From positions 1 through 43,515 of the forward strand of contig QPMI01000300.1 of assembly GCA_004431415.1 (NCBI GenBank): a stretch of 43,515 nucleotides of DNA. The letters are read 5' to 3'. Position numbers and translations under genes: made by a program. This stretch comes from Cyanophora paradoxa CCMP329 (taxonomy: Eukaryota; Plantae; Glaucophyta). The notes under the pieces were generated by a model, which was not told the DNA's origin, ran no database searches, and was given only the letters and a program-made list of their open reading frames with translations. Positions 11,327 to 21,113 of the stretch are shown here, piece by piece (position 1 is the stretch's first letter; each line of letters begins with the position of its first letter).

Positions 11327-14300
11327 ATGAGCTTCAATTACCCACCAAATCTAGAAACCATTCAAGATGATAATGCAAGCAGCACCAAGCATGTGAACTT
11401 TGATAATATTAAAGTAAAGGGTTCAGTTTCGATTGACCACAGTTCCGATAATTCATCCAAGACTCAATCAAGGGAGCATGCTTTATCTGTGAATCAAACC
11501 GATCCAGATAAGGAGGAAGTTAGTGTTGCTTTTAGCTTGGGTAATGTGAAAGCAAACCAAGTGGCAGAGATCAAAGCAACAAGAAGGAGACCTAGGAAAC
11601 TCAAAACCAGTGGCACTCACCCAGATATACCTTCTAGGTTTGATAGTGGTCGATTGATTTTCAATGTTCAAGATGAGCAGGGCAAACAGAACACAGGTTT
11701 GCGAATTTACAATGAGGGCAGCACTGCAAAAGCTGAGGTCCCCCAAGTATTGCAAGTGGGTCCCATTGCCAACACAAATCAGGTCTCCTACACAAATGAT
11801 GTCTACCCCAAGGATATTACATATGACTTTGCAAGGAATGAGCCTTTTGGGTTCTTTACTCCAAAAGATGTCCATCAAAAAAAGCCATCAATTACAATCA
11901 ACAGTAGCCCCAGTCAACCAGTAGCAATCCATTTACATCCTGATCTTGTTGAAATGGATAGGCACCTTTTGCCTTTGTATAGCAATGTGAAAGACCTTGG
12001 AATTCGAACCAGGCAATGGCGAAATATCCATGGCAGCAATGTGTATGCAAATGGTGAGAAGCTTGTAAGTGAGAAGACCATAAGAGAGATCTTTGAGTAT
12101 TATGGACCTGTCCCAGTTCCCTTCCCTCTTCCATGGGATCCACCGGATTTAACACCGAAAAAGCAACCAGGCAGAGAGTACACAGCAACTGAAGATGTAG
12201 CCTTTGGGCAGCATATTGTGAGTTGGGAGCAAGTTCGCAATAAACCTATAATTGAACCCAGAAAGCAAATAGATGAGCAGTATTTACCTCCTGAAGTCGA
12301 CATATTAGAGCTTGATGAATATCAATTCGTTCCAGATGAGGAAGAGTATTTACCAGATGGTTTTGACCCACAAGAATATGAATATGATCAGTTTGATCCC
12401 AATGAGGAGGAGATACTACCAGATGGCTTAGATCCACAAGAGTTTGAGTATGAGCAGAACTATGAACCTGATGAGGAGTATTTGCCAGATGGGCATGATC
12501 CACCAGCTGTTGATTATGAGCAACCTTATGAACCCCATGAGGAACTATTACCAGATGGATTTCGCCCAGAGATTTGGGAATTCTTCCCTGATTGGGAGCA
12601 GATCAACAATAAACCAGCCAGATATCCACCAGAGGATCACAACCATGACTGGGATGAGATATTAGGTAAACCAGAGAAATTCCCACCAGAGGATCACAGG
12701 CATGATTGGGGTGATCTGGATGGGATTCCAGATAAGTTTGCAGCAAGCAACCATGAACACACCTGGGATGAGATCAATGACCAACCAGAATTTGCAAAAG
12801 TTGAGCCTCTTGCTACTCTGGGAGTTTCTCTTTACCAGACTTGCAATGTCCCTGAAAGGATCTTTTTGAATCACCACTATGTTCATGTGAATGGGACACT
12901 TGCGAATTCAGCTATGAGAGGACCACTTCATATTAGGACATTACCAGGCTCTTATAATCCACCACCTGAACCAGGAGCAACCATACCAAATATCTTTGTG
13001 TCAAGCTACATGGAGGCTGACATTCCCACAGATACATTCAGAGTCCCAACAGACCCAGCAACCTACCAAAATTACAACTCTGCTATACAGGTTCATGTAG
13101 CAGATGTAAGCAGTCTAGATGGATCAAGACCAATGATAGTTTTCAGTCGAGATAAATATTCCTATATTCCCATAGTGGGAACTGCAAATGATAACTATGG
13201 GAGGGCAGAGCTTGCATGGATCAAAACAGATTATGGTGGGGTTCTTGAAGCCAATCAAAGAATGGCTGCAAAAAACATACACAATGAGAGCATTTCGAGA
13301 GTAGTCACAGAGGATTACCTTACTGCAGTAATCCTTGTTAATTTTGTAACCCTTGCTATGCTTGATCAATTTATTACAGAAGCTGAACTTGCAGCAGAAC
13401 TATCCAATTATCTCCCTCTTGTGGTGGGACAATCACAGGAAACCTCACAGTTAATAGTAATATTTACAGCAGCAATATAGAGACCAGCAACCTAAAAGTA
13501 AATGGAATCCTCACAATTGGCTCTTGCAATTTCAATACCATGAATCAGGTTTACGAAGAATGGTATGATGTCCCACCAAGCTTTGATCCAGCATCAAATA
13601 TCTCGAACTGCATTTTTGCTTGGAAGGCATCAGGAGTACCAGGTCAATCAGCAATGTATACAACTATAGTAAGCAGAGTCCCGAATTCAGTTGTTCCAGA
13701 CTTGTTTATCTCCGGAGCCAGTTCCTATTACACCAATCCCGAAATCAACAACCAAGTTAGTGTTTCAAGCCCAACAGGCACTTTTTATGCATATACCTCT
13801 GCTACAAGAACTATTGATTTCTCAAATGGGCTTACATTTTTCTTTGTGGGAAAATATCATCCAACTGCCTCTTCTATGCAAGTTCACTTGAGACTTTACA
13901 GAAGCGCCTTTCCATCACGATATTGTTATTATGGGGCAACATCTTCTACTGCTATTGGAATGAACCAGTTCACTATTAATGGAGCATCCCAAAACCGCCC
14001 AGTTATTACGGTTCCTTCTTTAATAAATACATGGTATTACACTGACCAAACAATTACTTCCAGCAGCTACACAGTCGGGTTAAATGGAGTAGATATTGAA
14101 ACACTTGTAGGAACAAATTATCTACCAGATAATACTGTCAATCATTTCGGATTTGGTAATATTGTGAATGGTGGTATTTCCGAGTTGATTGTTTTCAATA
14201 GGGCTTTGACAACTTCTGAAAAGAATGCTGTAAGGTATTACATTCAACAAAAATATGGATTCACTCATACCCAGACTCTGAATATTTACAGAGGATTAAA

Positions 14301-17300
14301 AATAACCTCACCTGATACTGTAATAGATTACCTTACAGTTACAAGCAATGCAAATTTACCACATCATCCAACCTCTAATGTGGTTCAAGGTTGGATTCAA
14401 AATCACACTCACACAAAAGCCCAGATTACAGATTTTGACCACACCCATGCCTGGTCGAATATTGTAGATAAACCTTTGACCTTCCCTCCCAGTTCTCACA
14501 ATCACTTATGGGAGCATATCACAGACAAGCCATTGACATTCCCTCCCAGTTCTCACAATCACTTATGGGAGCATATCACAGACAAGCCATTGACATTCCC
14601 TCCCAGTTCTCACAATCACTTATGGGAGCATATCACAGACAAGCCATTGACCTTTCCACCTGTTGCTCACACTCATGATTATTCCCAGATCACCAACAGT
14701 AACCACACTCATACTAAATCAGAGATCACAGATTTTGATCACACACATTTATGGGAGCATATCACAGATAGACCACTAACATTCCCTCCTGATTCCCATA
14801 CTCATGATTATTCCCAGATCACCAACAGTAACCACAGACACCCTTGGAGTGAAATCGACCAGCAGCCCAGGTTTTCATCAGCAGGCAATATTTTGACAGA
14901 CTTTACAAATGGTGTGAGTCTCTACCAGAGTAATACCATACCTGAAAGGCTACAACTAAATGATTATTATGTCAATCGAAAAGGCATTTATGGAGGGACC
15001 ACAATGGAAGGTGAATTATACATCAAACAACCAACAAGAATCCAAATGATTTCAGCAGGTGGTGTTGGGGTGATTGATACCAAACCAGGCATCTTCTTAA
15101 CAAGTTATTATAATGAGGACATCCCATTGACATCAGGATTACCACCTCTCCCATCTGATCCAGCAGCATATGATGACAAGGATGCCATTATGCAAGTAAA
15201 TGTAACAGATGTCAGTGCAACTGATGGCTCCAGACCTAAAATAATATTCAGTCGATCCAAATTCAATTATGTCCCACTTGCGGACAACCATCAGATAACT
15301 ATGGGAAATGCGAAATGTCCTGGATTAAAACATTAGCAGGAGGAGCCTTAGAAGTCAATCAGAGGATGGCAGCAAAAAACTTACACAATGAGACCCTCTC
15401 TGGTGTTGTTACAGATGATTATTTAGAAAACAAAGATTATGTAACAAATACAGAATTACAATTAGCTCTTACAGATGTTGTAACAGATACCGAATTAACA
15501 GCAGCTCTTGGGAATTATTTACCTCTTACAGGTGGAACTGTAACAGGAACTGTGAATGCTACCACTTTACAAATTGGTGGAACCACAATACCAAAAGGTT
15601 ACGATTTCGACCAATTAGATGTGGTTTCGACAGATAGAAGCGCAAATAATTGGAACTTAGGATGGACACCAAGAACCGGACAAACAGGATGTTATACAAC
15701 ACCACAAAATGATGAAGATTGTAGCGCTTGTTGGATGAGGTGGAATGTCCCCACAGGAATGAAAACGTTTTATATTCAAACCTTGTGTTGGTCTAATTGT
15801 AGATATTTTGACATCTATGGTCAAACAGCTAATGGTAATCAACATTTCCTTCGGCGTTTAAATGTTTATCAAGGTATTCAAGCATCAGTACATGATGGAA
15901 CACAATCCAGTATACTTTTCATCTCTATTAACTGTGAGTTTTACACAAAAATATATGTTCAAGGTCGAAAAGGTAGAATCCATCTTACAGGTGTTTTTGG
16001 GTGGAGTAGACAGAGGGCAACAGATAATGAGGTTGGGATGATCTCTTGGATAATATATTTAGTAAACCATCATTTTACTCAGCCGCAGACCTTCCACAAA
16101 CCGCAACATGGGCAACAAATGCATGGTTAAAATCAGTAGATGCAGTCGAGCGAATTTGGTTTGGAAATGGTCAAACTACATATATTCGAGGCTATGAAAA
16201 TGGCGATGGTGTATCTGTCGAATTTAGAAACTCAGCGGATGCAGCAATCTTAAAATCATATGGTAACGGTAACTTTTGGGTGAATAATACTATTACAGCA
16301 TCCACTATTAATGCTACTACCAAACTCCAAATAAACGGTAATGATGTCCCAAAGTTTCACACAGCAGATAAAACAGTAGGAGGTATTGCATTTAATAGAT
16401 GTTCTGAGGGTTGGACATGGCATGGAGTACAGCATGGGATCCATATTATAATTATGGTTCATATGTCCATAATAATCAATCTGATGACGAAACTTCTACC
16501 GCTTGGATTGACTTCGATATACCCGATGGATACCACACAGGAACAGCATTTTTAACCTATTTACCTTGGACTAACTCACGACTTTTTGAAATTTGGGGAG
16601 TTAATAGACAAGGGAATGAAGTTTTTATTACATCAGTGAATAGTTATCAACCATACGCCACATCGCCTGATGGTAACCACAGTGGTTTAAATAATGTTCC
16701 AATACATCTTGGAAATAGATTCCTCACTATTCGGATTAGACCAAAGATTGGAAGAGTTCATATTATGGGTATTAGTTACATGAAAATTTGGGTAGGAAAT
16801 AGTTATGGTGGTCACACCGGCTATATTCATTGGAATAACGTTTATAGTAAACCAAATATCTTAACAGGATCTGTGGGGACTTGGTTTAGTTCAAGTGATG
16901 GATATAATCGTATCCATTTCGGTAACCAAACTTCTACATATTTGAAAGGAGGGGAGATATTCCCCTTGTATTCCGAAATGAACAAGATACTGATATTTGT
17001 TACATGTATCATGGAGGATGGATGTGGATTGGAGGTTATTTAACACAAGGAAGTGACATAAGATACAAAACCGATATTAAAAAGATATCCGGCGCTCTTT
17101 CAGCAATAGAGAAATTAGAGGGAGTGAGTTTTAAACGAATTGGAAGTGAAAAAGATGGAGTTAAATTAGGTTTAATTGCACAAGATGTTCAAAAGGTAAT
17201 ACCAGAGGTAGTTAATGTTAAAAAAGACGATGGCTACCTATCTCTTGAATACACAGGTTTAATTCCAGTTCTCATTGAAGCTGTGAAGGAGTTGTCCCAA

Positions 17301-17354
17301 AAATGCAAAGATCTACAGGATCAAATAGACCAAATTAAAAATGTCAAAGTATAA
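11327..17354 (+). CDS. Giant (~2,000 aa) modular fibre/spike protein with phage tail-fibre His repeats, a LamG/ConA-like domain and a C-terminal peptidase-S74 intramolecular chaperone; about five frameshifts
   Basis: ORFs 11327-13480, 13540-15336, 15315-16130, 16046-16555, 16411-17043 and 17004-17354 join by frameshifts (e.g. NYLPLV/GGTITG reads open into 13540; DNYGKCE/MSWIKT). Contains HxHxWxxIxxKP repeats and a LamG-like end GGISELIVFNRALT..EKNAVRYYIQQKYG. S74 motif SDIRYKTDI...GLIAQDVQKVIPEVV...LEYTGLIPVLIEAVKEL followed by a coiled coil. Confidence 0.82.
12330..12790 (+). repeat. Coding tandem repeats in the fibre: acidic EEYLPDGxDPxxxEY units, then HxHxWxxIxxxPxxFPPED units
   Basis: Four acidic ~20-aa units containing LPDG (plus a degenerate one just upstream) and 3-4 His/Trp 19-aa units, visible in ORF 11327-13480. 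Confidence 0.85.
14482..14652 (+). repeat. Three near-perfect 57-bp tandem repeats (FPPSSHNHLWEHITDKPLT)
   Basis: ttccctcccagttctcacaatcacttatgggagcatatcacagacaagccattgac at 14482, 14539 and 14596, with degenerate copies flanking. Confidence 0.95.
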
Positions 17355-17357
17355 TAA

Positions 17358-17663
17358 ATGGCGACCTATCCTCTTGGTGGAACCACCTATTCTACTGAGC
17401 CAGTTGCGCTTTCTTTTGATACAATCACCCTTGTAAACGCATTACAAACAGTTGAAAAAACGATTCAGCAAACTAACAAGCTCTCACCAGTTGTAAATGA
17501 GTATAAAAACCTCTTGGTTAATGTCCTTGCTCAAGCTGCATATGGTGACCCTGTTGCTAAATACAATGAGTGTGATAACAACATTAAAGCAATGACATCC
17601 AACCTGCAAGTTCTTTCAACTGTTTACCAATCCCTTGGATCGAATTTAATCACTTTGGCTTGA
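17358..17663 (+). CDS. Hypothetical helical viral protein
   Basis: 101-aa ORF starting 3 bp after the fibre stop. Confidence 0.65.
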   Translation: MATYPLGGTTYSTEPVALSFDTITLVNALQTVEKTIQQTNKLSPVVNEYKNLLVNVLAQAAYGDPVAKYNECDNNIKAMTSNLQVLSTVYQSLGSNLITLA

Positions 17664-17702
17664 TGGTAGTTTATTTTTCTTTCCTTCTTAGTAAAAGAAG
17701 CC

Positions 17703-18547
17703 ATGGGTGAATATAATCGAGTTCAACTTCCAATATATTCCCTTGGATCCCCTGCAATGCATTTTCGCCAGCATGAAGTTAATGATGAGGTTCGTGGTTT
17801 AGAATCCACAGAGAGACCCAATTCCAATGGTAACTCCTTTGATAAGAATTCGATTATTCGAGTTAAAGAGCTGAGAGCTGATAAGAATTCTGGTGTGGTT
17901 AAAACAACTCGACTTCTTGTCACCAATGCTAACTTCTTCCAGCCTACAAATGGAGGTCCTGATGCTTACAGTGTTGCCCTGAAAGCCCTAGATTTCGACA
18001 AGAATACTGCTGCTGTTACTGTGAGATCAGGAGGAGCATTTATTGGGGTGGTTGCAGAGTGTCAGGTCAACTCTCATCCTCCATTTCGTATAATGATGTC
18101 CCAGATACTCTAGAGCAAAATGTGGAAGACCCCCAACGAATTCGATTATATACTCCTGTCGCACAGCAGCCATTAATTCAATTTTACATTGGATATACTG
18201 TTACTCTTGAAAACTCGGAATTAATTGAAGGAACCAAAAGAGTACTGAGAGGTCTTGCGATTCCATCTGCAATGCTTTCCCTTTGTAGAGCCAACAACAA
18301 TCAAGTAGGTCATAAATACTATTTCAATGTTCAGGGATATAATCATTTCGGTTATGGCTACTGTGTTTATAATAATAATTTCACCTTTGACTTGTTTGTT
18401 ACAGATATTGGGTTATATACTATAACTCTTATCGGTTTGAGAACAGATATAGCCGCTGTATCAGCTCTTAGAGGTGTAACTCCTGATACTCTTTCAGTTA
18501 CAGGGTTTTACATGGAGCCAGATATTATTGATGACCCAACCCCATAA
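17703..18547 (+). CDS. Putative structural/spike protein, paralogue A (frameshift ~18,048)
   Basis: ORFs 17703-18113 and 18059-18547 join if a G is added to a G run. Colinear with the next gene: ELRxDKNxGxVKTTxLLVTNANF, SGGAxIG, xxYxxFG, RTD. Confidence 0.7.
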
Positions 18548-18570
18548 AAGATATATCCCTTTAATGTAAA

Positions 18571-19407
18571 ATGGCAGAGGCACCCACACCAATAGAGCGA
18601 ATTATAACACCACAGCTATCATTAGCTGCCCCAGCAAACCATGTTCTGCAGCATGCTACATTTGATGATGTAGAGGGTCTCCCATCCACAGAGGTCCAAC
18701 CTACAATGAACACCTTTGGTTCCACCCACAAACTGAGATTGCAGGAACTCAGATGTGATAAAAATAATGGATTAGTTAAGACAACTAAGCTACTTGTTAC
18801 CAATGCAAACTTTTCTGCTCATTATGGAGACCCAGATAGCTATGGAGATCCTCTGTCTACTTATTCTTTTGAATCTAGGTCTGGAGCTATTAACTGCAAA
18901 TCGGGGGGAGCTTATATTGGTGATGGTCTTAGGGTTGGTGGGGCTGTTGGAGCGCCTCTATTTGTGAATGATCAACCCAATCCCATTGATCCTAACACAA
19001 GAATTCGAACCTATGTCCCCAGCATGAATGCCCCATACATTATAAAGATATTCCCCATTGTTGTAAATGAACAAACAGCAGTAGTAGACTCTCTTGTTGA
19101 AATTGGTGACCACTACAAGGTAGTTGTTGATATTCCACCTGATGTTTATGCTGTTTGCCAAGTAGAGGGTGGAACTCCTAATTTTGCTGTTGTGATCACC
19201 CCATATGATAATTTTGGTATTGCTTATCATGGAGTCAATTTCGGTTTGGAAGATTATCAGTTCTTAGTGAGAGCCACCAAGTTTGGTATCTACAAATGTG
19301 TATTATATGCAGAGAGAACCGATTTTATTGCAAGGCAGAATACCTATGCTGAGTATTATGGCACAAATCGATATTTCCCCATTTTTGGACAGGATACTGC
19401 TCCATAA
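18571..19407 (+). CDS. Putative structural/spike protein, paralogue B
   Basis: 278-aa intact ORF with SGGAYIGDGLRVGG, a fibre-like glycine pattern; paralogous to the upstream gene. Confidence 0.75.
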   Translation: MAEAPTPIERIITPQLSLAAPANHVLQHATFDDVEGLPSTEVQPTMNTFGSTHKLRLQELRCDKNNGLVKTTKLLVTNANFSAHYGDPDSYGDPLSTYSFESRSGAINCKSGGAYIGDGLRVGGAVGAPLFVNDQPNPIDPNTRIRTYVPSMNAPYIIKIFPIVVNEQTAVVDSLVEIGDHYKVVVDIPPDVYAVCQVEGGTPNFAVVITPYDNFGIAYHGVNFGLEDYQFLVRATKFGIYKCVLYAERTDFIARQNTYAEYYGTNRYFPIFGQDTAP

Positions 19408-19429
19408 GAATATTGGTTATATATAGAGT

Positions 19430-19702
19430 ATGGATAGTAAAACAAAAAAGTTTATTGATGCTGCTATGACAGTTCATGGTAAAGATAAATTCGATTACAG
19501 TGAGACACATTACATCAAAGCTCAAGAGAAAGTATCTGTGAGATGTTTGCAGTGTAATAAGGTGATCCTTACCTATCCCTTTAATCATGTGAAGGGATCA
19601 GGTTGCAGGGACTGTAACAAAAGAAAGAGTCAAGCACACAGGAAAAGAGCTACTTCATCAATCAGAGTAGAGTATAGGGATATTTGCATTAGGTTTGACT
19701 AG
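19430..19702 (+). CDS. Small Zn-ribbon protein (DUF723-like domain of phages and large DNA viruses)
   Basis: FIDAAMTVHGKDKFDYSETHY....KVSVRCxxC....PFNHVKGSGCRDC matches the 'F..A..VHG.KYDYS...Y.....KV.I.C......P..HL.G.GC..C' pattern. Confidence 0.75.
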   Translation: MDSKTKKFIDAAMTVHGKDKFDYSETHYIKAQEKVSVRCLQCNKVILTYPFNHVKGSGCRDCNKRKSQAHRKRATSSIRVEYRDICIRFD

Positions 19703-19725
19703 TTAATTTTTCTAAGGTATTCTTA

Positions 19726-20124
19726 ATGGAGACTAAATACAGAGGCTTTCATGTTATGCTTGATTACAAGGCTAAATCAGCTATAGCAACAGGTTATGAG
19801 CATGTTAGCTTCCTAGGTAATTGGATTATGGGAACCCTTGAACAAGCAGTATTGAGACAAGGTATTAGGATTGTTCATAAGCATTGTGAGATATTTGATG
19901 GCAAACTATCACCTCCTGGTTTTGCATTGGTTCTGCTATTAGATGAAAGCCATTGCACAGCTCATTGTTATTCCAATGAAGGCATGTTAGCAATTGATAT
20001 ATTCAGTTGTGGTAAAGAAGCTCAGCATAAAACACAAGCAGTTGCAGATGAGATCGATAAAACAATGAATTTCTTAACATTTGAGAAGACTGAGAGACAT
20101 AAACATGATAGATTCCCGTTTTGA
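19726..20124 (+). CDS. speD: Prokaryotic-type (class 1B) S-adenosylmethionine decarboxylase proenzyme homologue
   Basis: 132 aa; GFHVMLDY, PPGFALVLLLDESHCTAHCYSNEGMLAIDIFSCG with the ESH pyruvoyl self-cleavage site; intact ORF. Confidence 0.9.
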   Translation: METKYRGFHVMLDYKAKSAIATGYEHVSFLGNWIMGTLEQAVLRQGIRIVHKHCEIFDGKLSPPGFALVLLLDESHCTAHCYSNEGMLAIDIFSCGKEAQHKTQAVADEIDKTMNFLTFEKTERHKHDRFPF

Positions 20125-20399
20125 TGGGTTTCTATAATGATAAACAGGGTAATTTACCTTTTTTATTACAATGGCAATCGTTAAAAAAGGATATAATATA
20201 TCCTTTCCTACAATAGCTTTCTACAATGATTTTCTTTCTACAGTAGCTTTTGTTACAATAGAATTCTACTGTATGATGTAGCCGAAATATGAATGCACCC
20301 TACATTAAGCAATGTCAAGTATTTCGAATACTATTCGATTTCCTTACAGTAAAACTCAACATTCCCCTTGATTCCCCCTATTATATTATATTTATATTT

Positions 20400-20830
20400 A
20401 AGTGGACTCAAGGTTGACTCATATTAATCGTAAAAGTAGTAATAGTATATGGATTTTGTTACGAATTCAATGCAAGGGTTGACTAAGTGGGTTGAGTTGA
20501 CTCAAATTTCACAGGAAATATTTGGGACCTAAAGTTTTCTAAAAAGGATTTCAAAAAATGTGTCAACTCCCCCCACTTAGTCAACCCTGACCATAAACAG
20601 TAAGGATTTGAGCTAACATGTATCACAAAGTGAACATTTTGAGTCCACTTAGAAGATCCACTTTTGAAATCAAAGTTGATTTTGCTTGAAATTTCAAAGT
20701 TGATCTAAAAGTGAGTCCACCCTGATTGATTATGGTAACAAAGTTGACTAAGTTGACTAAGTTGAGTCATCTTAAGAAATTCAAGGAGACTAAGAGTTCA
20801 AAATGTTTATGAAAAGTGAGTCAACTTAGA
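20400..20830. repeat. Subterminal array of GTKGACTMA-type motifs; 20400-20587 is an inverted, diverged copy of 757-935
   Basis: gggttgactaagtgggttgagttgac (20476-20501) is inverted to gtcaactccccccacttagtcaaccc (20562-20587). Further copies include aagtggactca, tgagtccactt, aagttgactaagttgactaagttgagtca and gagtcaactt. Confidence 0.85.
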
Positions 20831-20886
20831 CCAATTATGGTAACAAAGTTAAATATTTAATTGATTTAATCGGAAAAGAACATGAT

Positions 20887-21113
20887 TTAATCGAATTTAT
20901 TGATATAATTCCGATTAGATTCATTTAGAATTCAATTAAGATCAATCGAAGTTATTGATATAATTCCGATTAACTACAATTAAGATACAATATCGATTAA
21001 TCGAGTTTATCGATATAACATCGATTAAATTAATTGAAAATGCATATAAAAATATGAAAATTCAGGTGAAAATTCAAATAAATTAATCGATTTTATTGAT
21101 ATAACATCGAATC
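20887..21113. repeat. Four ~31-bp quasi-palindromic repeats (TTAATCGAnnTTATYGATATAAYWYCGATTA)
   Basis: Copies start at ~20887, ~20943, ~20997 and ~21083; the last abuts the terminal hairpin. Confidence 0.85.

Noticed and set aside
14482-14652. 57-bp repeats as a CRISPR array or DGR template
   Set aside because: Head-to-tail in-frame coding repeats without spacers; no reverse transcriptase or adenine-specific variation seen.
946-18547. Programmed frameshifting or an alternative genetic code
   Set aside because: Breaks are frame changes at varied homopolymers in many genes, not consistent in-frame stops or slippery heptamers.
11327-20124. Bacterial prophage or contaminant, given the tail fibre and speD
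   Set aside because: Contiguous with jelly-roll capsid genes and an A32 ATPase; no terminase, portal or Shine-Dalgarno pattern; NLS-like sequence in a neighbouring gene.
20200-20275. Short tttctaca(a/g)tagcttt repeats after speD
   Set aside because: Too short and AT-rich to separate from chance or 3' UTR low complexity.
20400-21113. Repeat-spacer pattern as a CRISPR array
   Set aside because: Repeats are degenerate, irregularly spaced and in mixed orientation; no cas genes; eukaryotic viral context.
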